DNA of 64,000 bases from the IMG/VR virus record IMGVR_UViG_2791354756_000002, positions 288 to 64,287 of that record; one strand, written 5' to 3'. The notes under the pieces were generated by a model. It worked only from the letters and a program-made list of their open reading frames with translations, was not told the origin of the DNA and did no database searches. The position numbers and the translations under genes are program-made. Positions 45,746 to 56,692 of this stretch are shown here, in pieces. Every line of letters starts with the position of its first letter. The stretch's first letter is position 1. Source of the DNA: a virus. Taxonomy: Duplodnaviria; Caudoviricetes.

Positions 45746-46297
45746 GTGGATATCCCCCTCCTCTGCCTTTTCAAGCCACTTGAGAAGTTCTGACGGTTCG
45801 GTCTCGTCGGGCTTCCACAGGACAACCCTGTCAGCCCCGAGACTTTTATGGCAGTCTATCAATCGCTGATTCGAAGAACCACGGTACGGGAGTTCAAGTG
45901 TTCGCAACTCCTGCACAAATGGCCCGTCTACCAACACATCGATAAACGGTATGGCGTGACTTAGACAGACATTCTCCCAAAGGTAGCCTGTGTACACCCA
46001 AATATTGCAGTCCTGGCGGGCATACTTGAGATTCAAGCACAACCTTGTGAGTGCGTCCTCTTGGAAAAAGGGGTCTCCGCCTGAGATAGTGATACGGGGT
46101 ATCTCATCCCTTGTAAAGCCCTCCAGCAGCTTTTCAACAATATTTTTTGAATTTTCGACATGTCCGGCATCAGGGTCATGTGTCTGTGGATTGTGACAAC
46201 CCTTGCAGTGATGCGAACATCCCTGAAAAAACACGACGTTACGAATGCCTGGACCGTCCACGACAGAGTTGAACTCGTAACTTGCGATTTTAGCCAT
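45593..46297 (-). CDS. nrdG: Anaerobic RNR activating enzyme (radical SAM)
   Basis: DGPGIR, QGCSHHCKGCHN, SGGDP, DVLVDG, RGSSNQ; start at 46297. Confidence 0.93.
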   Translation of the reverse strand: MAKIASYEFNSVVDGPGIRNVVFFQGCSHHCKGCHNPQTHDPDAGHVENSKNIVEKLLEGFTRDEIPRITISGGDPFFQEDALTRLCLNLKYARQDCNIWVYTGYLWENVCLSHAIPFIDVLVDGPFVQELRTLELPYRGSSNQRLIDCHKSLGADRVVLWKPDETEPSELLKWLEKAEEGDIHYGKGKEGKTYSAGIVGVLDSTGGTGRREGKAAVGGDAVEEDRVCRKGATS

Positions 46298-46333
46298 AAA
46301 ATCCTCCTTAAAGCTGGGAAATTCCAGACAATA

Positions 46334-46343
46334 CCTTATAACA
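46334..46343 (-). promoter_or_regulatory. Phage promoter motif
   Basis: CCTTATAACAAAAA on +, upstream of nrdG. Confidence 0.6.
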
Positions 46344-46485
46344 AAAATGGGTGCCAAAAACGCATAGCGCAATTGGCACCCACAAGCAAAAATATGATCA
46401 AAAACGCGTTAAAATGTGCTTAACGATGTTAGCAGTAACAATGATGGCATGTTTAGATATACATGTATAAAAATACCCCTGACAG

Positions 46486-48732
46486 CTATATTTTATGCTT
46501 AACGCGATCACGCTCTTCTGCAAGCTTACCATCGTTAAACCGCTTGTTCCTGTCTCCCACCAAGTATCCTGTTATTCTCCGAAGGCGTTGAATTTTTCCT
46601 TCATCGCTATTGCCACACTTTGGACACATATCGTTAATGATACCGGTATGGCCACACACAGTGCAAGTATCAATAGCCCTGTTAATAGCGCCGTAACCAA
46701 TATTAAAGTCATGCATCCAGCGAACAATACGCTCAACAGCCTCCAGATTTTGTGTGGGATCTCCATCAAACTCGACATAAGCGATATGCCCTCCGTTCTC
46801 AAGAGCGTGGTAAGGTGCTTCTATGGCTAGTTTATCTTTTGCGCTAATATTATACCAAACAGGGCAATGGGAGGAGTTAGTGTAATACTCTCTATCGGTA
46901 ACACCAGGGATAACACCAAAGCGTTCTCGATCCTTGCGCAGTAGCGAAGAAGCAGTACTCTCTGCGGGAGAGCCGATAAGAGAGAAGTTCAAATGATGCT
47001 TTTCGGTAGCCTGGTCCATGCGCTCACGCATATGGCCGATGATCCTCAAGCCAAGCTCCTGCGCTTCGGCTGACTCTCCGTGGTGCTTCCCGATAAGGGC
47101 CACAAGGCATTCAGCGAGTCCAACAAAGCCAGTAGTGAGAGTACCATGCTTGTAAGCGTCGAACAGAGTAGAATCATCCTTCAAGTCCTCGGAACCCATG
47201 TACATCTTGTTTCCGAAGAGCATGGGGTAATTGTACACGTGACGAGATGCCTGGATGCGGAATCGGAAGAGAAGCTCCTCAATGCAGAGATCAATGGTAT
47301 CGTCCAGCTTCTTGAAGAATGTATCGATGTTACCTTCAGATTCGAGAGCGAGGTGCGGCAGGTTTACCGTGATAAAGGACAGGTTGCCACGCATGGAGGT
47401 AGTCTCAGGGCCATTGACGTTGCCCATCACGCGGGTGCGGCACCCCATCGTACAGACGTAGGTATCCGGCTCACCTTCTTTATAATACTGCAAATTGAAT
47501 GGCGAATCCAGAAACTCGTAGTTGGGGAACATACGATGTGCTGTAACTGCAATTGCTTTCCTGAACAAATCGTAGTTAGGATCACCAGGCTTGTAGTTCA
47601 CACCATCTTTAACGAGAAACACATGAATGGGAAATATCTGCGTCTCGCCATTACCAAGGCCATTATCAAGTGCCTGCAGCATGCACGCGATTACCATACG
47701 CTGCTCAATAGACGTTCCCATACCGTAGTTCACAGAAGAGAACGGAACTTGGGCGCCAGCTCTGCTCGCCATGGTACAAAGGTTGTGGATGCATGCCTCG
47801 GCACCTTGCATACACTCGTCTGTCACCTGGATGATAGCAGAGTTCACCTGCTGCTTTGTTGGCTTAACGCCATAGAACTCCTCGCAGAGAGAACAGAGCT
47901 CTTTGATGGCCTCATTGGACATCAGGGTCTTGCCGCACTTGGGATAGATACGCTCCATGGCCGCATCGCGGAAACGCCTTGCGTGATGCATACCGTACTT
48001 GTCGCGAGCTCCCATACTCTCGATGATGGTATCGGCCAATATACGGGCGAAAGATTTCGACACGCCAGGGGCAAGATAATACTCAAGCGCCGGGATGGAC
48101 TGGCCCCCAAACATATCGTTCTGATTAGCCTGGATAACTATACACAGAAGAGACCAGTAATTGCGGATAGACTGCGGCGTGCGAATAGACCCGTGCCCGG
48201 TGCTAAAGCCATTCTCGAACAACTTCTCAAGGTTAATCTGGAGGCAGTTTGCTGCCGTTCCATAAAAATCCAGATCATGTTCGTGCGTGACTCCATCTCT
48301 GTGAGCTTTTGAAGCTTCTGGGCTCAGCACCTCGGACAGGTAATAGTGCTTCATCACATCAGAGCCAATCTTCAGCATCAGCCCCATAGTGCTATCGGCG
48401 TTGATATTCCCATTCTCACGCATACCTGTATCCTGGCTTGCGTCAATGTTGGTAAGCGTACGCAATCGGTTGAATATATATCCCTGTTTCTCTCGCTCAG
48501 CATCACGGCTAAGGCGCTCTTCAGCGTATTTATCAGCAGCAACCTTGTCCAGATGTGCCATTACAATATTGCTGATTTCTGACGTTGTAATATCTTTGCC
48601 GACATTCATATCGTTAATAATGTCAGCGGTAATAGTGTTGATATTGTCAGGATTGACAAGTGAGGATATGGAGTTTGCTATTTTGTTGGAATCAAACTCA
48701 TCCACACTGCCGTCACGTTTATAAACCTGCAT
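46486..48732 (-). CDS. nrdD: Anaerobic ribonucleoside-triphosphate reductase
   Basis: ATP cone VYKRDG, MGCRTR, CTVCG...CPKCG, RRITGYL glycyl-radical motif. Confidence 0.97.
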   Translation of the reverse strand: MQVYKRDGSVDEFDSNKIANSISSLVNPDNINTITADIINDMNVGKDITTSEISNIVMAHLDKVAADKYAEERLSRDAEREKQGYIFNRLRTLTNIDASQDTGMRENGNINADSTMGLMLKIGSDVMKHYYLSEVLSPEASKAHRDGVTHEHDLDFYGTAANCLQINLEKLFENGFSTGHGSIRTPQSIRNYWSLLCIVIQANQNDMFGGQSIPALEYYLAPGVSKSFARILADTIIESMGARDKYGMHHARRFRDAAMERIYPKCGKTLMSNEAIKELCSLCEEFYGVKPTKQQVNSAIIQVTDECMQGAEACIHNLCTMASRAGAQVPFSSVNYGMGTSIEQRMVIACMLQALDNGLGNGETQIFPIHVFLVKDGVNYKPGDPNYDLFRKAIAVTAHRMFPNYEFLDSPFNLQYYKEGEPDTYVCTMGCRTRVMGNVNGPETTSMRGNLSFITVNLPHLALESEGNIDTFFKKLDDTIDLCIEELLFRFRIQASRHVYNYPMLFGNKMYMGSEDLKDDSTLFDAYKHGTLTTGFVGLAECLVALIGKHHGESAEAQELGLRIIGHMRERMDQATEKHHLNFSLIGSPAESTASSLLRKDRERFGVIPGVTDREYYTNSSHCPVWYNISAKDKLAIEAPYHALENGGHIAYVEFDGDPTQNLEAVERIVRWMHDFNIGYGAINRAIDTCTVCGHTGIINDMCPKCGNSDEGKIQRLRRITGYLVGDRNKRFNDGKLAEERDRVKHKI

Positions 48733-48873
48733 ACTGTCAACCTTCGTTCGGGTAAAAAATTAGGGGGATTTTCCAGCCAAATAAGGCGGTGCGCTTTACG
48801 AAATGAACCGTATCACGCACCGCCGATCTTGGCAAGGGGCTCTAATTAAATATTGAGCCCAATCCCCCTTCTG

Positions 48874-49263
48874 TTACACCCTGTCAATTCCAGGATTGTC
48901 GCTAACCATAAGGAATTTCTTGTTTTCTCCCCCGAACAAAATATAGTAGGGGTTCACGGAATAGAGCATCATCAGGTTCCACAGCCAGTAGGAAGGTATG
49001 TGCCCAGCTTGCTTGGCCTTTACGAAGGTTGCGGAATTTATGTCAGCAAGGCGCTGCAAATCCTGCGCTGTAGAGGCACTGGTGATCTCCCGCATGCGCT
49101 CAACCACAGCGTCAAAGTCATCCACCTTGTAATTCTTGTCCACCTTGCGAGGCTTGCTCATCCGGGTAAGAACCTTCCGAACATCCTCCAGGTTCAGGTT
49201 GGCAAAGCTGGGGTCGTCCTTGAGAATTTCGAGTGCCTTGTTGAGTTTTTCGTTGTCTATCAT
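48874..49263 (-). CDS. CI-repressor-like HTH protein
   Basis: QDLQRLADINSATF...GHIP...YSVNPYYILFG. Confidence 0.7.
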   Translation of the reverse strand: MIDNEKLNKALEILKDDPSFANLNLEDVRKVLTRMSKPRKVDKNYKVDDFDAVVERMREITSASTAQDLQRLADINSATFVKAKQAGHIPSYWLWNLMMLYSVNPYYILFGGENKKFLMVSDNPGIDRV

Positions 49264-49349
49264 TGTTTTCTCCTTTTTGGTGCTTGCCGGCTTAGCCAGC
49301 TAGTCAATCAATTCGGCATTAAGGTTTGGTTTTCTTGCAAAAACAAACC

Positions 49350-49847
49350 TTAATGCGCAATAATCGTCTGCTTCATAAGCGTCCCCGGTATCCATACGAG
49401 ATGCACCGGTACAGTAATTTCATCTATGATGTCCAATATGCGTGCGTGAATCCTTTTCAAATGTTCCGCGTTCGTTCTGTACACCCCCTTCAGCTGGTAC
49501 TCTACCGTCCTGCTGTCCATACACACCTCGACGCTCGTCACGTCATCGTGGTGATCCCTCACATAGTTTCGCGCCCATATCAGCGCTGATTCCAATGTCT
49601 TTGCTTCTGCCAGGTTGTTCGTGGGACGCTCATGCGCACCAGCCACAACGGTCATCTTTTCCATATGCACCAGCGGCCTGCCCTCCTCTTTCAGGCGCAA
49701 GTGCTTCTCTTCACTCTCCTGTCCATGCCAGCCCCATATGGTCCCGCACGGGACCAGATACGCGGCAAAGCTTCCGCTAGCCGCCGCCTGCTTCCTGCCG
49801 TTAAACGTGCAGGCTCCGTCCGAATACATCAGCAATTTGTGGGGCAT
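49350..49847 (-). CDS. rnhA: Ribonuclease H
   Basis: YSDGAC, TNNLAE, MDSR.V..Q, VWIP; start MPHKL at 49847. Confidence 0.85.
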   Translation of the reverse strand: MPHKLLMYSDGACTFNGRKQAAASGSFAAYLVPCGTIWGWHGQESEEKHLRLKEEGRPLVHMEKMTVVAGAHERPTNNLAEAKTLESALIWARNYVRDHHDDVTSVEVCMDSRTVEYQLKGVYRTNAEHLKRIHARILDIIDEITVPVHLVWIPGTLMKQTIIAH

Positions 49848-52060
49848 ACCAAGAAGTCTCCAGGAAACACCGTCTGCGAATCGCCGTGCTTGGCCCATAC
49901 CGTATTGCGTACCGAATCCTTCGAGACAACCTCGAAAGTGTTGTCTGCGAATACAAATCGGGCGCCTTGCGTCAGGGTAGACAGTGCGACTGTCTCTGTT
50001 GCGATCACGGGCTCAGGCGCCGGCTCTGATTCTACAGGCTCAAGTGGTACCAGCTGCGATATGTCCTCCATGTTGGTCAGGCTTACCAACTCCTCTGTAT
50101 TACTGACAAATGTCTTGAACTCTGGAGAAGAATGTCCCTGTCTCAGTGACAGGCGTTTGAGAGAAACATGGTCGAAGGTTGCATCCAAATCATGCATATC
50201 GTAGCGCCATCCAGTCGTGACAACCGGACCGCTGCCAATATCCGGGATACTGCACATCTTGTCCCACAGCTCAGACATACCCTGCTTGAATACCATAGGA
50301 CGGAACTCGGATATCCTGTGGAACTTATGTCCTGTGGCATCCTTGAACGCATCAAAGCTCTTTATGCTTGCCTTGTACTCATGGTGAGCTTTGGAATCGT
50401 TACTTTTATCATCACTGAAGTACCCCGCCACATACTTCAGTGATATGACATATCCATCGTAACTGCACAGATCACCGTTGTCCTTCTTTACGTAAAGAAC
50501 CTGAACAAGATTTCCGTTACTGGCGGAATTTCGTGTATGAATACTATCAATTATACCTTGGTATCTTGGATTAATATCTATCTTACCAACAAGAAGATAC
50601 GCAGTGATACAGTGATCATATACTATACTGTATATTGATTCATCGGAAACCCCGAGACCTGGCAAAAATGGTTCTCCAAGAAGCAGCATTGTAGCGAACT
50701 CCGGAACATTCCTGGCAAAGGTAAACAGTGGCAAGTGGCTGAAATACTTTTTAGTGTCAAACTCTGCCGTTGTTGTGTAATGAAGATCCTCCCTGCTGGA
50801 TACAAGATCTGCGTCCTCCGTATCCAGATTTATCACCAACTGATGTGTTATCGGATTTCCCCCGAGAACAGATGCAACAGATCTGACTACAAGACATTCT
50901 TCACCGCGAATATTGAGAGCTATGTACGCATTATCACTCCTGTTACTGGAGCTTACATATCCAGGTATCCTGTTCAGTATGGGAGAGTTACCCCAATTCC
51001 ATCTATTCTCCAACCAATTGTCGAAAACCATGCGGTAGCGATCCAGCTCTATCCCATTCACTATGGCCTTCGCTTGGGTTTCCGTTTTTGTTTCCGGCAG
51101 AAATTCCCTGCTGGAATTTACATACATCCAGTTAAAGTTCCTGTCCTTGCGGTCATCGCGGTAGAACTCCGTGATGTACCACGCAGGCTCGTGACTGCCT
51201 CCGCCGGTAAGCCACCAGTGGATAAACGCTCCCACATAGGAGGCCACGTTGGCGCCGGTGTAGGTAATAGCCCTGGCCGTGCATGGCTCCTGCACACCGT
51301 TCTCATCATCAAAGTAGGCTGCCCTGCGGTACATACCCTCAACAGCCGCCACAAGAGACCTCGCGCCCTCCACATTGCTTGTCTGTAGCTGACGCATCTT
51401 CTTCGGAGTATACACAAAGCAGTTCCAGTCACCCAACGCCATACGCAGGTCAATGTACAGCTGCACCTGTCGTGCGTCATCGCCAAGATCAACAATCTCG
51501 TCAATCATGCGCTTGCGGAACTCCATGTTGTCCACAGCGCTTATCACTATGTCAGGCACGTACCCGAGCAGGCTGCAAATGTGCCCAAGGTCGTTTACAC
51601 GCTGTGGAAACACCTGAAGGTCAACACCACGAAACGCCAGCGCCTGTCGGCGTATGGCCTCAACCTTTGGCATACCAACATCTATCAAATTATGGGCCTG
51701 TGGGCCTATGTTCACAGTATCGACAACATCGTCATCAAATATGGCAATGTCCCTGAATCCCATACCAACAAGCACACGCCATACCCAGTTGCCAAGCCCT
51801 CCGGCGCCAACAAGCGCTATGGTAGTGTTCTGCACCATATTGGCAGGCAATACTGTGGAAAACCTCTGACTCCCCTCCTCCTGTATCTGCGCAAGCCTGG
51901 CCTCGCCCATACCCAGTATGTGCTCGCGCATGTCGTCCACAAAGCGCTCGTACTTTTCCTCAAACATATGTACCTCGCCCTGCTGCGCGGCTTCAGGCGC
52001 ACTACCGCTACTGGTAAGCTCGTTGGCGAACTGTTCGAGATCGAAATCATCTCCGTCCAT
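49829..52060 (-). CDS. ThiF/E1-like ubiquitin-activating enzyme with long C-terminal extension
   Basis: VGAGGLG, DDDVVDTVNIGPQ, SAVDN...R, candidate catalytic Cys QEPCTA. Confidence 0.88.
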   Translation of the reverse strand: MDGDDFDLEQFANELTSSGSAPEAAQQGEVHMFEEKYERFVDDMREHILGMGEARLAQIQEEGSQRFSTVLPANMVQNTTIALVGAGGLGNWVWRVLVGMGFRDIAIFDDDVVDTVNIGPQAHNLIDVGMPKVEAIRRQALAFRGVDLQVFPQRVNDLGHICSLLGYVPDIVISAVDNMEFRKRMIDEIVDLGDDARQVQLYIDLRMALGDWNCFVYTPKKMRQLQTSNVEGARSLVAAVEGMYRRAAYFDDENGVQEPCTARAITYTGANVASYVGAFIHWWLTGGGSHEPAWYITEFYRDDRKDRNFNWMYVNSSREFLPETKTETQAKAIVNGIELDRYRMVFDNWLENRWNWGNSPILNRIPGYVSSSNRSDNAYIALNIRGEECLVVRSVASVLGGNPITHQLVINLDTEDADLVSSREDLHYTTTAEFDTKKYFSHLPLFTFARNVPEFATMLLLGEPFLPGLGVSDESIYSIVYDHCITAYLLVGKIDINPRYQGIIDSIHTRNSASNGNLVQVLYVKKDNGDLCSYDGYVISLKYVAGYFSDDKSNDSKAHHEYKASIKSFDAFKDATGHKFHRISEFRPMVFKQGMSELWDKMCSIPDIGSGPVVTTGWRYDMHDLDATFDHVSLKRLSLRQGHSSPEFKTFVSNTEELVSLTNMEDISQLVPLEPVESEPAPEPVIATETVALSTLTQGARFVFADNTFEVVSKDSVRNTVWAKHGDSQTVFPGDFLVCPTNC

Positions 52061-52217
52061 ATTTTCCTTTTCTCCTTTTATATTTTCTTTTTCGCTAACG
52101 GCAAGTTAGCAATCAATTTTATGTCAAAAAATCATGCTTTTCTTGCCGTTAGCACCCCCTGTTTTTGCCGCAATGTCAAAAACGTGGCAAAAATAGTTAA
52201 TTCGATTACCAAAAACG

Positions 52218-53579
52218 TTACACAATAATATTTTTAATAATTGGCTTCGCCTGCAGCAAGTCGCTCGCATAACGGCACGCCCACATACCGGCGTCCATAA
52301 CAGCATCCTTATCGTCGAGTCTAAGCAGGTCGGTCACAAAATCCGAATTGTCGTACATGAACTGGTAATGCTTTCCGATGAAGTTCACCACATCGCAGAA
52401 CGCATTGACATCAGCTCCATACGTATCGATAAAGCCGCTCAGAACAGCCTCTCTTGCCTGATCATCAAAATCAAGAGTCAGAATGTCTCGCATCTGCTCC
52501 AATGACTCACCCTTTATGCTCCCCTGCAGCTCCTGCCAGAACTCATTGACTTCTACCTGATCGTACACAACACCAAGGTCCATCAAATTGGCACACATGG
52601 CGTACAGTGTTTCGTACAGGCTATTGTCGGGGCTGTCGTTTGGTATTCCGTAGTTGTAGTCGTAGTCGTAATCGTAGTCGTACCTTTTGAATGGAGCTGC
52701 CTGCTGCTCTTTGTATGTATACGGCCACGCAGTATTACCACCATATGAGTAGCTGTAGTTGTTGTACTGCTGCCACACAGGCTTCGTGTAGGGCACATAC
52801 TGCTCTGTTTCAGCTCCGGTAAAGGTACGGATACCAGAGAAGACATCCGCCTTGGTAGGAGCAACCCTGTCCGCAATCCAGCCATCGAGTTCGGACTTGC
52901 GCTCTTCGGTAAGCTCGCAATGCTCGCCAACGATAATCACAGGTATGTTATCGATACGCTTGAGCAACGGCTGGTACATAACGTAGGAACAGCGCACGTT
53001 ACCGGACGTATTCACAACCAGGTAGTAGCGAAACGTGTCGTAGTAGCCCAGGTCATCGTGGGACAACTGCTGGTTATCGTCCGTGCCGCTCCACATGGCG
53101 CTCATGGAATGATGCGAGTGGATATGCGCTATACGGCAATGCATGTGGTTACCAAAGTCAGGATGCTCGTGCAGCTTCTCGTAGAACTTCTCCACCTCCT
53201 CGGTCCTGAATACCGAGGCAACCGAGCTGGCCTCCTGCGAGGGGAACACCAGGTCAATCGCCATGTACTTCGGCTTGAAAGCCGTAAACTGCTTGAGCAC
53301 CAGGAAACCGCCCCACTCTCTGTGAGGCGATGCCTTGGCAAGATACATCACCTCTTCCCACACCTGCCTGCGGAAGAGGAACACTGGGGTACTGTCGTTG
53401 GCAAGCAGCTGGGCTACCGTAGCGTCGCCTCCATTCAGTATTTCGCAAATCTCCTCGGCAGGCGCCGGCTCCGGGATGTTTCTCTCAAGGTTGTCGAAGT
53501 TAAAGTCTATCGCCTCGTCCACATCACCAATATCGTTTATTTCTACCATCTCGGCAACTTCTGCCACCGCTGTCTCCAT
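52218..53579 (-). CDS. JAB/MPN+ metallopeptidase
   Basis: REWGGFL and HIHSHHSMSAMWSGTDD (E...HxH...S..D). Confidence 0.88.
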   Translation of the reverse strand: METAVAEVAEMVEINDIGDVDEAIDFNFDNLERNIPEPAPAEEICEILNGGDATVAQLLANDSTPVFLFRRQVWEEVMYLAKASPHREWGGFLVLKQFTAFKPKYMAIDLVFPSQEASSVASVFRTEEVEKFYEKLHEHPDFGNHMHCRIAHIHSHHSMSAMWSGTDDNQQLSHDDLGYYDTFRYYLVVNTSGNVRCSYVMYQPLLKRIDNIPVIIVGEHCELTEERKSELDGWIADRVAPTKADVFSGIRTFTGAETEQYVPYTKPVWQQYNNYSYSYGGNTAWPYTYKEQQAAPFKRYDYDYDYDYNYGIPNDSPDNSLYETLYAMCANLMDLGVVYDQVEVNEFWQELQGSIKGESLEQMRDILTLDFDDQAREAVLSGFIDTYGADVNAFCDVVNFIGKHYQFMYDNSDFVTDLLRLDDKDAVMDAGMWACRYASDLLQAKPIIKNIIV

Positions 53580-53592
53580 ATCTCCTTACCTC

Positions 53593-54837
53593 CTACTTGC
53601 ACAAATATTCGTAACTGTTGAAGTATCTTGCCACTTCAGCCGGAGAAATCAGCTCGTACCTGGTATTGTCGTCATGTTCGTCAGGGAAGGCGTAAGGAGC
53701 GAGCCTCGCCGTGAACTGCAATTCCTCCGCGCACCAGGCGTAGGGCAACAGGATAAAGTCCGACAACGTTGCTATTTTCAGCATGTAGGGCATGTCCCCA
53801 TCATCCCTCTTCCAAAGCATGGCTGCGGACAACAGTGTGTGCACGCACAATACACTGCATATGTTGTAGGTATTTGTACTCCTCAGATACGCACACATAT
53901 TGCCAAACTGATTGGCAAGCTCAGGGTAATCACTCTTGCTGCCCTGCAAAAACGGATACAGATTTGTCTCCATCACACTCTGGTATCTGGTTATGTCTCC
54001 CGCAACAAGACTGTTCTTGCGTGCCTTCTCGACAAACTCTTTATACCATGCGCCTGTGTATATATCCTCCATACTGTCTGCCAGGCGATTGTAAAACCTG
54101 ATTATGGAATGATATTCATCTTCATCCCACCTTATTGGCGTAACAGCTGAATTGTACGAGTCACCAATATTAATATGAGTAAGCCAGTCGTACACGCTGT
54201 GCAGGAAGACGCCAATATCCTCAAGCCTGCGTATCCTTTTGAACAGCTCCACAAACCTGTTGTTGCCAGTGCATATGGTGGTGAGCCTCATTGAGTCCGA
54301 ATCAGATCCATTTACGTGTGGATGCCCATAATTCTCGGAGTATGATTCAAGGCCAAGACAGTTCTCTATCTTCAAGTTCTCGGTGTTAATGTGATTTTCC
54401 ACGCGTACCCTTGGGTTGACCGTATAGTTCAGCTTGGTGAAGGAACTCAGTCCCCCAGAGGAAAACGTCAGCCAGAAGGAATGTATGGGAGCATCCGCGT
54501 ACACGTACTCTCCCGTATCGTTCATACTGTAGAAGAATGATCCCTTGTCGAGACCGACACTGGCTTCTCTCGGCACTCCCTCCCCACCGTAGCCACTTTC
54601 GGACACGTTGAACGTCATACGCGGGTAACTTCTGGAGGTACTTTCCGAGAGAGACTTGACTGTCATCTTTGACTTTCCAGACTTCGCGGAGGCCAGCTTT
54701 CTGTACACCTCCTGAACCTGATCCAGAAGGGACTCCAGCTTCTTCTGAAGCTCTTCGGCCTCCGTATCCTTTTTTTCGCTGAGCATCAGGAAATTCTCCA
54801 CGAAAGACCTGAGCAATGGTTCATACATATAGACCAC
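53593..54837 (-). CDS. Prokaryotic E2/UBC-like protein
   Basis: GHPHV...TICTG followed by a helical segment, the HPN...IC motif of E2s; N-terminal coiled coil. Confidence 0.65.
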   Translation of the reverse strand: MVYMYEPLLRSFVENFLMLSEKKDTEAEELQKKLESLLDQVQEVYRKLASAKSGKSKMTVKSLSESTSRSYPRMTFNVSESGYGGEGVPREASVGLDKGSFFYSMNDTGEYVYADAPIHSFWLTFSSGGLSSFTKLNYTVNPRVRVENHINTENLKIENCLGLESYSENYGHPHVNGSDSDSMRLTTICTGNNRFVELFKRIRRLEDIGVFLHSVYDWLTHINIGDSYNSAVTPIRWDEDEYHSIIRFYNRLADSMEDIYTGAWYKEFVEKARKNSLVAGDITRYQSVMETNLYPFLQGSKSDYPELANQFGNMCAYLRSTNTYNICSVLCVHTLLSAAMLWKRDDGDMPYMLKIATLSDFILLPYAWCAEELQFTARLAPYAFPDEHDDNTRYELISPAEVARYFNSYEYLCK

Positions 54838-54839
54838 CC

Positions 54840-56243
54840 TTACTTGCTGAAAATTGGTATCACAGGGACAAGCATCTCGTTTACCTGCAGGTTAGGAGCC
54901 GGGGATGGCTCCTGCCCCATGTACTCGGTAAGAGAGTGCCTGCCCAGAAACACAAGACTGTCTACAATGCGAGCCGCGCCCATATACTGCTCGTCAAGCC
55001 ATTCCCTGGAGGTCCTGAAGGCGATCTCGTTCTTCGCGAACACGGCAAATCTGTCTGGGACAAACAGGGTAGACCACATGGCTTGGGACTTCCTGGGAAG
55101 TACCATCAGGGGATCAGGCAGCTTCACCCTGTAAAGTTTCGCCAAAAACAGGGCGCACTCCATGGTAGCCGGCAGCAGTATCACAGGCAGATGCCTATCG
55201 CTCACAGCCTGCAGGTATGGTATGGCAGCCCTCCCCAGCTGTATTACCCCGCATTTTCCCGGCAGGGCTGGCGTCAGGGTTTGTGGTTCGGGTAGCTCTG
55301 AACCGAACACTGGCGCAAACTGTCTGGTGAAGCGTATCTCGTCCACCGCGACGCGTGGCTCAATGTATGGCGCGTTCATACCCTCGAAGAGAGGCATCTC
55401 GACAAGGTTTGTGACATACGCCATGAGAAACCTTCCGGTATACGTACCAGCGACTTCGCTCAGCCATTTGCCGACAGGAGTTTGAGGATCCCTCTCCTTC
55501 CTTTCTCGTATGGAGGCAGCGATCTGCATGCGATTGAAGTTGTCGCTCAGCGTGTCTACCTCAAGGCATTTCTGCATGATAGCCACGAGGATCTCGTCAA
55601 CCTTGCGATATGTGCTGGCCATATACTCATCTGTGTCACTTGCGTTCTCGTCTGCTTCAGCCAGCACAAAGCCGAAATAGAACGCTGCCACGTAGGGGAA
55701 ATCCATATGGAGCAGATACAGGGTATTGCTTATGCCGCACAGATACAGGGAAGCTTCCTTGCCAGTATACTTGTCCATAAAACCTGTTATGGCGCTCCTG
55801 TTCCGCCTCCTGTCCATGTTCTGCTTGCGTCTGCTCAGGGCGTACAGATCACCAGCAGGGTTTTCCCCGTAGGTAAGCCTCGTGACCTGATTACGTATGG
55901 CGGGAGTATGCAGCCCAGCCGAAATGGCCTCGATAAGCTCTGGGGTAAGGTTGTCCTGAAACCGTTTCGCCAGCTCTGACCAGATTATCTCCTCTCCTGA
56001 TCCTCTGGCCATTTCCGCGTAAAGATCCGATATAGCGTGGCGCAGTGCCAGCGTGTTCTCGTAGGTAAGCACAGAGGATACCAGAAACTCGGTAGGAAGT
56101 TTTTCTACAAATGGAATGGGCGTGTATCTCCTGAGACTCAACCAGCCGTTTACGAATGAGGAATCCATAGGACTTGCCATGTTGTATACGGCAGTCTCCG
56201 GTATACGCGCCCCATCCGCTAGTGAGATATCAAGTATCGACAT
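54840..56243 (-). CDS. Hypothetical protein within the Ubl operon
   Basis: Start moved to MSILDI at 56243, downstream of the terminator; 2-nt gap to the E2 gene. Confidence 0.7.
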   Translation of the reverse strand: MSILDISLADGARIPETAVYNMASPMDSSFVNGWLSLRRYTPIPFVEKLPTEFLVSSVLTYENTLALRHAISDLYAEMARGSGEEIIWSELAKRFQDNLTPELIEAISAGLHTPAIRNQVTRLTYGENPAGDLYALSRRKQNMDRRRNRSAITGFMDKYTGKEASLYLCGISNTLYLLHMDFPYVAAFYFGFVLAEADENASDTDEYMASTYRKVDEILVAIMQKCLEVDTLSDNFNRMQIAASIRERKERDPQTPVGKWLSEVAGTYTGRFLMAYVTNLVEMPLFEGMNAPYIEPRVAVDEIRFTRQFAPVFGSELPEPQTLTPALPGKCGVIQLGRAAIPYLQAVSDRHLPVILLPATMECALFLAKLYRVKLPDPLMVLPRKSQAMWSTLFVPDRFAVFAKNEIAFRTSREWLDEQYMGAARIVDSLVFLGRHSLTEYMGQEPSPAPNLQVNEMLVPVIPIFSK

Positions 56244-56325
56244 ATCATGGGGTCTCGCTTGGTAAAAAAATGGGGCAAGCGGCAGCTTACCCCAGATGGT
56301 TTTCCTGGTGGTTGTTATGTGGAAA

Positions 56326-56367
56326 AACAGGCCCGCCCTCCTGGCAGGTATCAAGAGCGGGCCTGTT
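56326..56367 (-). terminator. Terminator after the Ubl gene
   Basis: AACAGGCCCGC/GCGGGCCTGTT followed by TTT on minus. Confidence 0.65.
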
Positions 56368-56374
56368 AACCTGA

Positions 56375-56626
56375 CTAGCAGCCGGAATTTCCTGACTTAT
56401 AAGACTTCGGCTGGCAGGTGATGTCGCAGTCCTCGGTCAGCTCGGTGCTGAGATCATCGACAACATCACCGTCGAGAAGAATGGTGGCCTTGCCGGGGGT
56501 AACACCCACGGCTTCGAGCACGTCGGCAATGGTGACACCCTTGCGCTGAAGAGCCTGGATGGGTTCGGCGGTGGCGGAGGGGGTAACGTTGACGGTGATG
56601 TAGTCGGCGGCGTTCATGTAAGACAT
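56375..56626 (-). CDS. Ubiquitin-like beta-grasp protein
   Basis: SD AAAGGAG; ITVNV...GVTIADVLEAVG...ILLDG...LTEDCDITCQPKSYKSG-NSGC. Confidence 0.8.
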   Translation of the reverse strand: MSYMNAADYITVNVTPSATAEPIQALQRKGVTIADVLEAVGVTPGKATILLDGDVVDDLSTELTEDCDITCQPKSYKSGNSGC

Positions 56627-56692
56627 AGTGGTACTCCTTTAAGAGAAATAATTTAGGGGGTAATTATCGAGGACATAAATCCCCAATAATTT

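Noticed and set aside
44803-49263. Lysogeny module from the excisionase-like and CI-like HTH genes
   Set aside because: No integrase, att site or divergent cI/cro layout in the window; such HTH genes are common in lytic large phages.
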